A DNA stretch of 64,000 nucleotides from an uncultured bacterium (GCA_963827235.1 CAWHAE010000018.1:416001-480000); one strand, 5' to 3'; shown: positions 17,661 to 28,052, counted from the first letter of the stretch. Notes: generated by a model from the sequence alone, not told the origin. Numbers and translations are program-made.

Positions 17661-18521
17661 GTGGAGGCAACGGACCTGCTCGTACTCGCCGAGGCTGCGG
17701 CGTATGCGGCGGGTGCCGTGCTCCGCGAGAAGCTGGCCACCCCGCGCGAGATCTCATTCAAGAAGGGCCCCTCGGACCTGGTCACCGATGGCGACAAGGC
17801 ATCGGAAGCTATCGTGACCGCCAGAATTAGGGATAGTTTCCCCGAACACCGCATCCTGGCCGAGGAGGGTACGGTAGGTGCCGAATCCTCGCCCTATCGC
17901 TGGATCATCGATCCCGTCGATGGAACCACTAACTTCGCGCACGGTATCCCCGCCTTCGCCGTGTCGATCGGGGTCGAGCGCGACGGACAGCTACTGGCCG
18001 GCGTCGTCTACAATCCTGCCACCGAAGAGTTGTTCGCGGCCGCACGCGGAGCCGGCGCCACGCTCAACGGCCGTCCGATCGCGGTGAGCGGCATCGAGCG
18101 CCCCGAAGCGGCCCTCGCCGGATGCGGCGTGAACGGCCATCGTTTCAAGGGTCGCCTCGTGACCGCCGGGCAGACCTTTTCGCGCTTGACGCAGGGCTGC
18201 CGTACCACGGGTGCGGCTGCTATCGACCTCTGCTACGTGGCCTGCGGGCGCCTCGACCTCTTCTGCGGACCTTCGCTGGCGCCCTGGGATGTCGCTGCCG
18301 CCGCCCTGATCGTCTCGGAGGCAGGCGGCAAGGTCACCGATTTCGATGGCCAGCCGCACAGGCTCGAGCGGCGCGACATTCTGGCCAGCAACGGCCTGGT
18401 GCACCGCTTCGCGCTTGCGGTGGCCCGCGGGGAACTGGTGGGCCGGCGGCGTTTCTCGGTGTCCCTGCGCAAGCTGCGCCGTCGCCGGGCCCAAGCAGAA
18501 TCCGCGGACGGGGCGGAGTGA
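17661..18521 (+). CDS. Inositol monophosphatase family (SuhB-like)
   Basis: DLVT, ILAEE, WIIDPVDGTTNFAHG, PWDVAA. Start is approximate. Confidence 0.92.
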   Translation: MEATDLLVLAEAAAYAAGAVLREKLATPREISFKKGPSDLVTDGDKASEAIVTARIRDSFPEHRILAEEGTVGAESSPYRWIIDPVDGTTNFAHGIPAFAVSIGVERDGQLLAGVVYNPATEELFAAARGAGATLNGRPIAVSGIERPEAALAGCGVNGHRFKGRLVTAGQTFSRLTQGCRTTGAAAIDLCYVACGRLDLFCGPSLAPWDVAAAALIVSEAGGKVTDFDGQPHRLERRDILASNGLVHRFALAVARGELVGRRRFSVSLRKLRRRRAQAESADGAE

Positions 18522-18588
18522 CGCCCCTGTCGCTCAATTGCTGTCGCGGCAGCCTCCGGCCGCGGCTCAAGGCCCCGCTCGCCCGGCG

Positions 18589-21021
18589 TCAGTCCTCCAG
18601 GGCTGGTGCCTTGCGCCGCGACTCGATCCACACCACCAGCGGCGGCAGCACGACCAGGGTGGCGATCAGGATGCCCGCCATGTCCACCGCTACCACGATG
18701 CCAAATACGCGAAGGGCCGGGAAGTCGGAGGCGATCAGGGCCGAGAAGCCCGCCATGACCATCAAGCCCGAGGTGGCGATGGCGCGGCCGATACGCCGCA
18801 TTGCCAAGTCCATGGCCTCGGCAGGAGGCCGGCCGGCCGCGCTCTCCTCGTAGTAGCGCTCCGTGAGCAGGATCGTGAACTCGGCGCCGATGCCGATGAT
18901 CAGAGCGCCGAGCGTCACCGTCAGCGGGTTCCACGGCTCGCCCAGTACGTACATGGCGCCGGACGACCAGCCGATGACCAGGATCATGGGCACCACCACC
19001 AGCAGCGCGCGGCGCGGCCGGCGGTACAGCACCAGCAGGCCAAGGAACACTACGCCGACCCCGAGCAGCGTGATCTGCAGACGGTTTTGCGTGAGCACGG
19101 ATACGGTCTTGGCGGCCACCACCGCCGTGCCCGTGAGCTCGGCCGTCACGCCGGCCGGTGGCACGGCTTCCGCCTGAAGCTGGTCGATCAGCGTCACCTG
19201 CTGGTCCATCGGCCGTTGCTGAATGGTCAGGATGATCGTCGCCTGGTGGAGGTCGGTGGTCAGCACCTTGCTGCGCAGCACGGCCGGGCTGCTTGCCAAT
19301 AGCTGCTTCACCGCCGCAGCCGTGGGATGCTGGTCGCCGGCCACGGCCGCCAGCAGGGTCACCGGACTACTGGCCGATACGATGATCGAATGGCGCGCCA
19401 ATGCGGTCTTCTGGTAGTCCTCCATCCATTGCATGACCGCCGGCGCCGTCACGTCGGGCGCCGTCACCATCACGTCGAGTTCCGTGGTGCCGCCATTCAC
19501 GGCGCGAATCTGCCATATCTGCTTGAGCGCCGACATGCCCTGCGGCACCAGACGCTCGATGTCCGTCTGCGTGGAGATATGGCTGTCGGCCGCCCAGCCG
19601 GCCACCGAGATCAACACCGCCGCCGCCAGAATAGGAAGCGGTCGCGGGATGACCACCATGCTCAGCCAAGCGAGCACGCGATCGACGACATGCGCTTCCT
19701 TGGAGCGGGCTGTTCGACCTGACCTGTGCAGGCGCCGGTCGCGCAATACCAGGATGCTCGTCAGCACCAGCACGCTGGCAACGTACGCCAGCAGCACGCC
19801 GCCCGCCAGCACCTTGGCGAAATCGCGCACCATCGGTACCGGCGAGATGAGCAGCGTGAGAAAGCCGAGGATCGTCGCCACGACCGCAATGCCCACCGCG
19901 GGCGCGATCCGGGAGAGAGCCGATCGCAGGACGTCCACGCCAAACCGCCGGGACGCTTCCTCTTCGTAGCGATTGTGAAACTGCACCATGTAGTCGACGC
20001 CGAGTCCAAGCAGGATCGGCAGCGATGCAGTCGTGGCGATGGTCAGATTGAGCTGGAACCAGCCCATCAACCCGAAGGTCACGACCACCGCGACCAGCAC
20101 CACGCCCAGAGGCAGCAGGCGCCACCGCACGTTGAAGACGAGCACGAGCACGATGCCCATGATCAGGAAGGCCACGCCGAACAGGAGAAACAGATTGCTG
20201 ATCAGCACGGGCACGAGGTCGCCGAATAGCACCGGGATGCCCGAGATGGTCAGCGTCTGCCCGGGCACGGGATGATGGTTATAGGCGTCCTTCACCGCCG
20301 AGTCGGCGTTGCGCTGAGGGGACAGATCGAGATTCCCGTCGAGCTGCACTTGGGTAATCGCGTGCCGGGCATCGGGAAACAGAGCCGCCAGGGTGGAGTT
20401 CGACGGCCTGGCACCCGTGCCCAGGATGGCCGCGATCACGCGCGGATTTGAGTCGCTGAGCGGGTTGAGCGACAGCAGGGCCAGTGCCTGGGGCCGGCTC
20501 TTGCGCAGCTCGGCGACGAAAGCTGCATCGGCCTTCTGCCTGGCCTGCGCCACGGCCGCGGCCGCGACCTTCGCCGGCGCACGAGCGGTGGCCTGCTTGG
20601 CCTGGCTCACCGCCTGCTGCTCGACGCGCGCTTGCGCGGCCAGCAGCTCCTGTTTCTGTGTGGACATGCTCTTGACTTCGAGATCGATGACCGCGGCGGG
20701 CGATATCACCTGCCGGACGTAGCAATTGGCCAGCGCCTCGGCAGCAGCCGCGCGCTGGGCCGCCAGGCCGGCCGGACTGAGCAGATCCTGCCGGTCGCCG
20801 GTCATCATGACGAAGATGCTGTCGCCGCCGAACGAGCGCTGGAACCGGTTATTGGTGGTGTACGTACGGCTGCTTTCGTTGATGAACGTGTTGTAGCCGG
20901 TGGCCAATCCAAGCCGGGCCAGGCCCACGGCGCATACCGCCACGACCATCAAGGCAACGACCAGAATGCCCATGGGCCGTCGATGGACCAGATCGGCAAG
21001 GCGATCGAAGACTGGCTTCAC
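18589..21021 (-). CDS. RND superfamily hydrophobe/amphiphile efflux-3 (MMPL-like) transporter
   Basis: Two repeats, GLGVDY..QFHNRYEEE and IGIGAEF...TERYYEE; GAAAGGA RBS before GTG 21021. Confidence 0.9.
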   Translation of the reverse strand: MKPVFDRLADLVHRRPMGILVVALMVVAVCAVGLARLGLATGYNTFINESSRTYTTNNRFQRSFGGDSIFVMMTGDRQDLLSPAGLAAQRAAAAEALANCYVRQVISPAAVIDLEVKSMSTQKQELLAAQARVEQQAVSQAKQATARAPAKVAAAAVAQARQKADAAFVAELRKSRPQALALLSLNPLSDSNPRVIAAILGTGARPSNSTLAALFPDARHAITQVQLDGNLDLSPQRNADSAVKDAYNHHPVPGQTLTISGIPVLFGDLVPVLISNLFLLFGVAFLIMGIVLVLVFNVRWRLLPLGVVLVAVVVTFGLMGWFQLNLTIATTASLPILLGLGVDYMVQFHNRYEEEASRRFGVDVLRSALSRIAPAVGIAVVATILGFLTLLISPVPMVRDFAKVLAGGVLLAYVASVLVLTSILVLRDRRLHRSGRTARSKEAHVVDRVLAWLSMVVIPRPLPILAAAVLISVAGWAADSHISTQTDIERLVPQGMSALKQIWQIRAVNGGTTELDVMVTAPDVTAPAVMQWMEDYQKTALARHSIIVSASSPVTLLAAVAGDQHPTAAAVKQLLASSPAVLRSKVLTTDLHQATIILTIQQRPMDQQVTLIDQLQAEAVPPAGVTAELTGTAVVAAKTVSVLTQNRLQITLLGVGVVFLGLLVLYRRPRRALLVVVPMILVIGWSSGAMYVLGEPWNPLTVTLGALIIGIGAEFTILLTERYYEESAAGRPPAEAMDLAMRRIGRAIATSGLMVMAGFSALIASDFPALRVFGIVVAVDMAGILIATLVVLPPLVVWIESRRKAPALED

Positions 21022-21055
21022 GAAGTGTGTCCTTTCATGCATGGCCGGTCCGGCG

Positions 21056-21631
21056 CTATCGCGGGCTCAGGCCCTCGAGCACGAACGCGACGGTGTGATC
21101 CGCGAAGGCGTCCACCGCGGTCGTGGCTCCGGTCAACCGGTATTCGGCCAGATAGGCATGGATAGTGCCGAGGATGGAGAGAGCGGCCAGACGCGGATCC
21201 ACTGCGCGAAAGGCCGAAGTGTCTACGCCGCGCCGCACCACGCGGTCGATGGGCAGGATGAGCTGCTCCTGCACACGCGTGGCCAGGGGCCCGAGCACCT
21301 CCGTGCCCTCGCCGAAGAACTCGCGACTGATCACCTGCGCTAGGTCGTACCGCTCGCGCAGCACGCCGACATAGCAATGGATCAGCGAGGCAAGCTGCTC
21401 CTCGGGTGTGCCGGTGGCCAGGATCGGCTCGAGCACCCGACGCACGTCGGCCGAGAATCGCTCGAGGAGGGCGGCAAGCAGCTCCTCTTTGCTGTGGAAG
21501 TAGTAGTAGATCGCCGGCTTTGTTATGCCCACCTGGCCGGCGATCTGCGCCAGGCCCGTCTTCTCGTAGCCGAGCCTGGCGAAAAGATCCTGGGCCGTCT
21601 CCAGAATCCGCTCGCGTGTATCTATCGCCAT
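21056..21631 (-). CDS. TetR/AcrR family transcriptional regulator
   Basis: TRERILETAQDLFARLGYEKTGLAQIAGQVGITKPAIYYYFHSKEEL; directly upstream of the RND gene. Confidence 0.94.
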   Translation of the reverse strand: MAIDTRERILETAQDLFARLGYEKTGLAQIAGQVGITKPAIYYYFHSKEELLAALLERFSADVRRVLEPILATGTPEEQLASLIHCYVGVLRERYDLAQVISREFFGEGTEVLGPLATRVQEQLILPIDRVVRRGVDTSAFRAVDPRLAALSILGTIHAYLAEYRLTGATTAVDAFADHTVAFVLEGLSPR

Positions 21632-21651
21632 ACCGTGTTCCCATCGGTCTT

Positions 21652-21665
21652 TTAACTATCGGTAA
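21652..21665. promoter_or_regulatory. Candidate TetR autoregulatory operator
   Basis: Imperfect palindrome TTAACTATCGGTAA in an AT-rich patch about 20 bp upstream of tetR. Confidence 0.4.
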
Positions 21666-22109
21666 TCAAACACAGTAGAACACAGCCCGCTTCGGGCCGT
21701 CAAGTGCCAAATGGCACAGCCCGCTTTGGACCCTCAAGCACCTGTTGGCCGATGCCGGAACCGTCATGCCGTCGTCACGGCCGGTCGGCAATGCGGTCGC
21801 GAGCCGCACGGCGATCGGCATCCGCGGCGTGGAGGCCCTTTCGCTGCTCGCGTTCGGACGCCGGCCAGGATCTCACGGCACATCGAGAGGTCGCCCGGCG
21901 TGGAGCGGCACGCACGATGCCCAGGGCTGCACACAAGATTCGTCGCCCGTACACAAGAGTCGCCATACGCGCGCTGCCATCCACCGCAACGCTCAAGGCG
22001 GGAAAGCCCTATTCGAGTAACGCGCCGGAAACGGCCGGCTCGTAGAGTGGGTGCAGAGAGAAACGTGTCTGTGTGCCGCTCGATTCACCGGCGGCGAAAG
22101 GATCTGCAT

Positions 22110-23231
22110 ATGGCTCGCTCCACTACCCTGCGTGCAGCCCTCTTTCTCTGGCTCACACTCTCGATCCTTGCCTTGCCCGCACGAGTCACAGCTCACGCGT
22201 CGAGCACCGCGGCAACCGCATCCGGCCGCTCCGGCGCCGGTGCTGCCACCTGGATCAGCCGCCGCAACCCGGTCTCCGGCGACGCAGCGGTCACGCTCAA
22301 CGCGGTCGCCTGCTCCACCGCCAGGATATGCGTTGCAGTGGGCGGCACCGGCACCATTCTGTCCACCACGGACGGCGGCGTCACCTGGCATAAGCGTTAC
22401 TCCGGCACTCCCGTGGGCCTGGATGCCGTTACGTGTGTGACCAAGGGGGTCTGCCTGGCCGTCGGCGAACAGCTCGTCCACTACCTCAACGTGCACTACT
22501 CGACAGGCGACAGAGGCGGCGCCATCCTCACCAGCCAGGACGGCGGCCTCACGTGGCGTCAGCGCCACAACCCCATGGACACGTACCTGAATACCTGCCC
22601 ATCGTGCCTGGTGGCCATAGGCGAAGCGTTGCATGGCACAAGCTGCTGGAGCCTGACAGGCTGCTTGGCCGTGGGTGAGGACGCCGCCTTGCTGGTCAGC
22701 ACTGACGGCGGTGCCGGATGGATCGCCCGTCGCTCACTGGTTATTCCGGGCGGCCAGCGTCCCGGACTGTGGGCCATCGCCTGCCCGTTCGGCAGAACGT
22801 GCCTGGCCGCCGGCGAGCACGGCACTATACTGACCAGCACGGACGGTGGCGCCAACTGGACGATCCGCCCCAACCCCTACTCCGGCACCTGGAGCGTCCT
22901 GAACGCCATCGCCTGTGCGAGCAGCAAAGTCTGCCTGGCAGCCGGCGATAGCGGCATGCTGGCCAGCGCGGATGGTGGTGCCACGTGGCACCAGAGCACC
23001 GGCCCGCGAGCAGCCGCTATCACCTGTCCAACAAGCAAGACCTGCCTGGCTGTGGGAGACAACGGCACAATTGCCACCAGCCTGGATGCGGGTGCCACCT
23101 GGAGCACGTACCACTATCCCTCGGCCGCCGGGACGGCGTTCCAGGGCGTCGCCTGCGTCTCCGGCAACACCTGTCTGGCAGTGGGCCAGAACGGCACTAT
23201 CCTCCAGAACACGGATCTCGGCGCCGGCTGA
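22110..23231 (+). CDS. Secreted Cys-rich YCF48/BNR (Asp-box) beta-propeller protein
   Basis: GAAAGGA RBS; signal peptide; about 7 repeats of L.AIAC....C.AVG..GTIL.STDGG.TW. Confidence 0.85.
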   Translation: MARSTTLRAALFLWLTLSILALPARVTAHASSTAATASGRSGAGAATWISRRNPVSGDAAVTLNAVACSTARICVAVGGTGTILSTTDGGVTWHKRYSGTPVGLDAVTCVTKGVCLAVGEQLVHYLNVHYSTGDRGGAILTSQDGGLTWRQRHNPMDTYLNTCPSCLVAIGEALHGTSCWSLTGCLAVGEDAALLVSTDGGAGWIARRSLVIPGGQRPGLWAIACPFGRTCLAAGEHGTILTSTDGGANWTIRPNPYSGTWSVLNAIACASSKVCLAAGDSGMLASADGGATWHQSTGPRAAAITCPTSKTCLAVGDNGTIATSLDAGATWSTYHYPSAAGTAFQGVACVSGNTCLAVGQNGTILQNTDLGAG

Positions 23232-23462
23232 GTGCCGTCCCGAAAGGCCTTCCACGGTTGCCGGGAAGCGGCCGCTCACGGCACGGTCGCTTCCCGAGAC
23301 TTCGCAACCGCCAAGCCACATGGCGCTACCGATCACGACTGCCCATACGACGATCCTGCCTCCCCAGCCGGCTTGGTACTTCATAGAAGCGCATCGTGTA
23401 GCGGGCACGGATCCGAGCAGGAGCCCTGTTCGCCTCGAACGGGGCACTGCTCAGCAAGGAGT

Positions 23463-25139
23463 TCACATCCCACCGCGCAGCTGCGTGGCAACCAACGCGC
23501 CGGCAACCAGCGCAACTGCCACGGCGGACAACGCAGGCCGCGCGCCGTTCAGGAATGCGCTCGCAAACGTGTCTCGATAGACGGCTGCGATCTGCCGCGC
23601 GGTCTCGGGCGAGGCATGCACCGGCACTCCAAAGTGCATCGTCTGTCCTGCCCCGAACTGCTGCACGCTCGCGCCCGCCGCCCGCCAGTAGGCGAGGAAC
23701 TGCGGTCGGAGATCAGCCGGGAGCTGCGTGACATGCCTCGCAGCCTGCCTGGGCAGATCCGCGGCCACCCGATTGGCCAGCACGGCGCCGACGACCGCGG
23801 TGCCCATGGCAGCGCCGACTCCACGCAGCGTGTTGAAGAAGCCGGAGGCGGCTCCCGACAACGCCGGTGCCACGCCGCGCATTGCCACCGTGACCATCGG
23901 CACCATGGTGCATCCCATACCCAGACCGGCCACCGCCAGGGGGATGGCGAAGGTCCAGGAAGTGTCATCGAGCGCAAGCACGTCGACGACGAGACCCACA
24001 CCCACGGCCGAGAGCCCGCAACCCGCCAGGAGAAGGTACTTGGGGTTCAGGTGATCGCTGAGCCGCCCGGCGAGCGGAGCCACGATCATCATCACCAGTG
24101 TGCTAGAAAGTGCCGTCAGACCACTCTGCGTGGCTGACCAGCCCAACACGGACTGCATGAAGAGCATCGCCGGCACAAACATGCTCGTCGTCGCGAACGA
24201 CACCGCAATCGAGAGGGCGCTCCCCGCCGTGAAGTTGCGGTCGCGAAACAGGGGGAACGGAAGCAGCGGCTGGCTCGCGCGTCGCTCCAGGAGGACAAAG
24301 AGCGCCAGGACGAACGCTGCATACACAAACAGGCTGTAGGCGCTGACGAGACTCCAGCGGGTAGGTCCGAGCGAAACGGCGCCGAACCCGTCGATCGGTC
24401 CCCAGGCAGAGCGCTGGCCCTCCACCAGGGCAAACATGCCCAGAAACAGCGCAGTGGAAACGAGCACGACGCCCCGAGGGTCCAGATGATGGCTGCCGCG
24501 GAAGCGGATCTCCGGCATGAGGAGGTAAGCTGCCGCCATGGCCGCCAGACCCACGGGAACGTTGATGAAGAAGATCGCTTGCCAGTCGAAGGTGGTGACC
24601 AGGTAGCCGCCGAGCACTGGTCCCACCGACGTGGAGGCACCGGCGACGATGCCCCAGACGCCGAAGGCGGCCCCGCGACGCGCCGGTGGGAAGAGCGTAT
24701 TGATCATGCTCATCGTTTGCGGCGCGAGAAGCGCCCCGCCCGCTGCCTGAACCAGGCGCGACAGGATCAGCTCCGTGCCGGTCTGAGCGAAGCCGCACGC
24801 ACCCGAACCCAGGGTGAATACCGCCACACCGGTGAGGAACAGACGCTTGGGACCGAACATGTCGCCCAGACGGGCCGCCGTGATCAGCAGCACCGCGTAG
24901 ACCAGGGTGTACCCGTTGATGACCCATAGCACCTGATCGAACCCGATATCGAGGCCCTCTTCCATTCTCGGCATGGCCACCTGAACGATGGTCGTGTCAA
25001 GAAGGATCATGAAGAACCCGAATGTGAGGACAAAGAGAATAACCCAAGGGCTGGCATGGATACGAGAAGCGAGAATCGACGGCTGATCACTCTGACATAC
25101 TTGCTTGGCTCCGCTGCTATTGTCCCGATTCGTACGCAT
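23463..25139 (-). CDS. DHA2 family MFS transporter
   Basis: LDTTIVQVAMP, ARLGDMFGPKR, WQAIFFINVPVG; GGAGG RBS. Confidence 0.92.
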   Translation of the reverse strand: MRTNRDNSSGAKQVCQSDQPSILASRIHASPWVILFVLTFGFFMILLDTTIVQVAMPRMEEGLDIGFDQVLWVINGYTLVYAVLLITAARLGDMFGPKRLFLTGVAVFTLGSGACGFAQTGTELILSRLVQAAGGALLAPQTMSMINTLFPPARRGAAFGVWGIVAGASTSVGPVLGGYLVTTFDWQAIFFINVPVGLAAMAAAYLLMPEIRFRGSHHLDPRGVVLVSTALFLGMFALVEGQRSAWGPIDGFGAVSLGPTRWSLVSAYSLFVYAAFVLALFVLLERRASQPLLPFPLFRDRNFTAGSALSIAVSFATTSMFVPAMLFMQSVLGWSATQSGLTALSSTLVMMIVAPLAGRLSDHLNPKYLLLAGCGLSAVGVGLVVDVLALDDTSWTFAIPLAVAGLGMGCTMVPMVTVAMRGVAPALSGAASGFFNTLRGVGAAMGTAVVGAVLANRVAADLPRQAARHVTQLPADLRPQFLAYWRAAGASVQQFGAGQTMHFGVPVHASPETARQIAAVYRDTFASAFLNGARPALSAVAVALVAGALVATQLRGGM

Positions 25140-25549
25140 AGCGTGACCTCCGGTTCACAGCGCAATAGCGCAGGGAAACGCAGTAGTGGCTCACGATGAA
25201 AGCGGGCCGCGCGCGCAAGCATGACTTTATCAGGGAAGAAACGCTATGTCAATCCGTTGCGCAACGAACAATGATAGGTGTATAATATAGGTGCAAGGAA
25301 TGGACGATATGCTCATTGATAGATCCGCGTTTGCGGGGTGATCGAAGAAGTGGTATAATAGCAAGAGATCGCTGATGACTGCCGCGGCGGTGCTGCGGTC
25401 GGCGCCATCAACCGATTTCTGCCTCTCGCGCCCGCGAGCAGTTGCAGCGGCCCGCCTGACCATGCGGCCACATCGCATCACGCAAAACGGCAAACGGCGC
25501 CTAGCTCTGTCGGGTGGGCGCTGGTGCGTGCGGTGCGGAAGGCGCTGCC

Positions 25550-25855
25550 TCAGTTGTGATTGCGGTCGAGGCTCACCTGCAGGAGCGCCGGCTCGGTCTC
25601 GAGGCGGCCTGCAATGTTGCGCACGGCGCGGGTCGCGATGACGGTGAATTGCAGATGCATGCGCAGCTCCTCCGCGATCGCTCGGCAGTTGCTCTCGATA
25701 CGTTCGGCCGTGTCATCCTCGGCGATCTCGATCTCGAGATAGGAGTTGACACGCTCCTGAAGCTCCTGGAGAGCGATGTGGATGCTCGCCGCTTCGATGG
25801 GGTCGATCTCACGGCCGGCGTAGAGGTGCCGGATGTGCTCTTCGTGTCTGCTCAC
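25550..25855 (-). CDS. Small acidic helical hypothetical protein (101 aa)
   Basis: Strong GAAGGAGG RBS before GTG 25855; protein-like composition (SRHEEHIRHLYAGREIDPIEAA...). Confidence 0.7.
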   Translation of the reverse strand: MSRHEEHIRHLYAGREIDPIEAASIHIALQELQERVNSYLEIEIAEDDTAERIESNCRAIAEELRMHLQFTVIATRAVRNIAGRLETEPALLQVSLDRNHN

Positions 25856-26289
25856 CGCGGGTCCTCCTTCGACCCAGACCCGGCCAGCCGCGCGGGCGGC
25901 ATACCATGAAAGTACCGGCCTTCTCGGTTGATGGCAATGAGATGCTCGTGCCACTGGCCGGCAGCGGCACGTCGCTTCCCAGCCGCTGAGGGGGTGAAAG
26001 GGTCCGGAAGCGCTTTCCGAAGCACTGCGCAGCGGCTGGCTCGCTTTACGCAGTTTTTTCGGGCGTGCTACACTGATGCCACCGGCGCATGAATGGGAGA
26101 TGACTGCCTCCGAACTGACCGGTTCGTGTGCCTTCGATGCCCCACCTGACAGCGGATCGGTAGTCCCTGGGTCATGGGCTTATCAGCGGCGGATAAAGCG
26201 GACGAGCGGAACGGCGGCCGGCAGCAGACGGCGGCCGGGGACCGGCAGTACCTGCGCCTTGCGCCGGAACGCCGGCAAGGTAACGTATA

Positions 26290-27348
26290 ATGAGGTCCCG
26301 GTTCTCGATTAGGCTGCTCGGCGGTGTGATCCTGGGCTCGATTGCCTGGGTATTCGTCGACGCGCTCCCGCACCGCGCGGACAACGTCGACGTGATCGTG
26401 GGTGCCGTCGTCTTCCTCGCTGGACTGCTCGCAGCGCCGATCGTGTTCGAGCCCCTATACACGCGCTTCAATCGATACTTGAGCGACGCACCCATCGAGG
26501 ATCTGCTTACCGGCCTCCTGGGACTCGGCCTGGGCCTGGTCATCTCGGCTGTCGTGGCCTTCCCGCTTTCGCGTCTGCAATACCCTGCCGGCACGTGGCT
26601 TCCCCTTCTCGCCCTTGTCGCCATAACGGCCCTGTCCACCCAGGTGGTCTATGACCGCCGCGTCGATATCCGCACCGCCGTCGCACAGCGGCCTCGTCCC
26701 GCCGCCCAGGCCGGAAAAGATGCCCCGGCCCCGCCGCAGCGCCAGCGCGTGCTGCTGGATACGAGCGCGATCATCGACGGCCGCATCGCCGATATCAGCA
26801 CGACCGGCTTCATCTCAGGCGAGTTGGTCGTGCCCCGCTTCATCCTGGATGAGCTGCAGCGAATCGCCGACTCGCCCGACGTTCTCCGCCGGAACCGGGG
26901 GCGGCGTGGTCTGGACATGCTCAACCGCATGAGCAAGGATTCCGAGACGCCGGTCAGTGTGCTCGACGTCGACGCCAAGGACGTACCGGAAGTCGACGGC
27001 AAGCTCGTGCAGGTGGCCAAGCGACTCACGGCACCGATCATTACCAACGACTTCAACCTCAATCGGGTCGCCGAGCTGCAAGGCGTGACTGTCCTCAACA
27101 TCAATCAGCTCGCCAACGCCGTGAAGCCGGTGGTCCTTCCCGGCGAGGAGATGGCAGTGCACATCATTCAGCAGGGCAAGGAAGTCAATCAGGGCGTCGG
27201 CTACCTGGACGACGGCACGATGATCGTGGTCGAGGACGGCCACCGCTATCTCAACCGCGACGTCGAGATCGTCGTCACCCGTGTGCTGCAAACCGTCGCC
27301 GGCAGGATGATCTTTGCCCATCCAAAAGCCTTCGGGAACGGTCGCTAG
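26290..27348 (+). CDS. yacL: PIN/TRAM domain membrane protein (YacL family)
   Basis: Four TM helices, LLDTSAIIDGRI, RGRRGLD, TNDFNLN, QGVGYLDDGTMIVVE; upstream of ispD-ispF. Confidence 0.93.
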   Translation: MRSRFSIRLLGGVILGSIAWVFVDALPHRADNVDVIVGAVVFLAGLLAAPIVFEPLYTRFNRYLSDAPIEDLLTGLLGLGLGLVISAVVAFPLSRLQYPAGTWLPLLALVAITALSTQVVYDRRVDIRTAVAQRPRPAAQAGKDAPAPPQRQRVLLDTSAIIDGRIADISTTGFISGELVVPRFILDELQRIADSPDVLRRNRGRRGLDMLNRMSKDSETPVSVLDVDAKDVPEVDGKLVQVAKRLTAPIITNDFNLNRVAELQGVTVLNINQLANAVKPVVLPGEEMAVHIIQQGKEVNQGVGYLDDGTMIVVEDGHRYLNRDVEIVVTRVLQTVAGRMIFAHPKAFGNGR

Positions 27349-28052
27349 TGGCGTCTACGGCCGTCGGCGCGATCATCGTCGCGGCGGGATCCAGCCGGCG
27401 CATGGCCGGTGCGGATAAGCTCTGGCTGGATCTTGGCGGCGCCCCTCTCCTGGCCCGTACGATCGCTGCGATCGTGGAGGGCTGCCAGGACCTCGAGCAG
27501 CTCGTGGTAGTGGCCGGCCAGGACACCATCGATCGCGCTGCCGTGCTCCGTGACTCAACGCCCTGGTGCCGCGTCGACCGCTGGGTCACCGGCGGCGAGA
27601 CCCGGCAGGACTCCGTCTACCACGGGCTGCAGGCGCTGAATCCCTGCCGGATCGTGCTCGTGCACGATGGCGCCCGCCCTCTGATCGGCGCCGGTATGAT
27701 CGCCCGGGGGCTGGCGGTGGCCCGCGTGCACGGCTCTGCCCTGGCTACCGTGCCGGTGACTGACACGATCAAGGTCGTGAATGCGAGCGGGCGAGTGATC
27801 GCCACGCCAAAGCGATCGGAGCTGCAGGCCGCGCAGACTCCCCAGATCTTCGCCTGGGAACCGCTTGTCGACGCCTACGAGCGCGCTGGAGCGGCTCGCG
27901 CTACCTGCACGGACGACGCGGAGATCTTCGAGATGGCCGGCTACCCCGTCTACACCTACCTCGGCGAGCGCGTCAACGTGAAGGTGACCACGCCCGACGA
28001 TATCGCCGTCGTCCGTGCCCTCTGGCACGCCCATCGCGAGGTAGCGGTGTGA
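27348..28052 (+). CDS. ispD: 2-C-methyl-D-erythritol 4-phosphate cytidylyltransferase
   Basis: AAGSSRRM, GGETRQDSV, VHDGARP, QTPQ, TDDA, NVKVTTPDD. Confidence 0.96.
   Translation: MASTAVGAIIVAAGSSRRMAGADKLWLDLGGAPLLARTIAAIVEGCQDLEQLVVVAGQDTIDRAAVLRDSTPWCRVDRWVTGGETRQDSVYHGLQALNPCRIVLVHDGARPLIGAGMIARGLAVARVHGSALATVPVTDTIKVVNASGRVIATPKRSELQAAQTPQIFAWEPLVDAYERAGAARATCTDDAEIFEMAGYPVYTYLGERVNVKVTTPDDIAVVRALWHAHREVAV

Noticed and set aside
21711-22109. Long N-terminal extension of the BNR protein
   Set aside because: Arg-rich non-coding-like sequence; the RBS and signal peptide fit ATG 22110.
25330-25400. Fluoride riboswitch suggested by GCTGATGAC
   Set aside because: The 5' GGNGATGGNGTTCNCC block is missing and there is no fluoride-related gene downstream.
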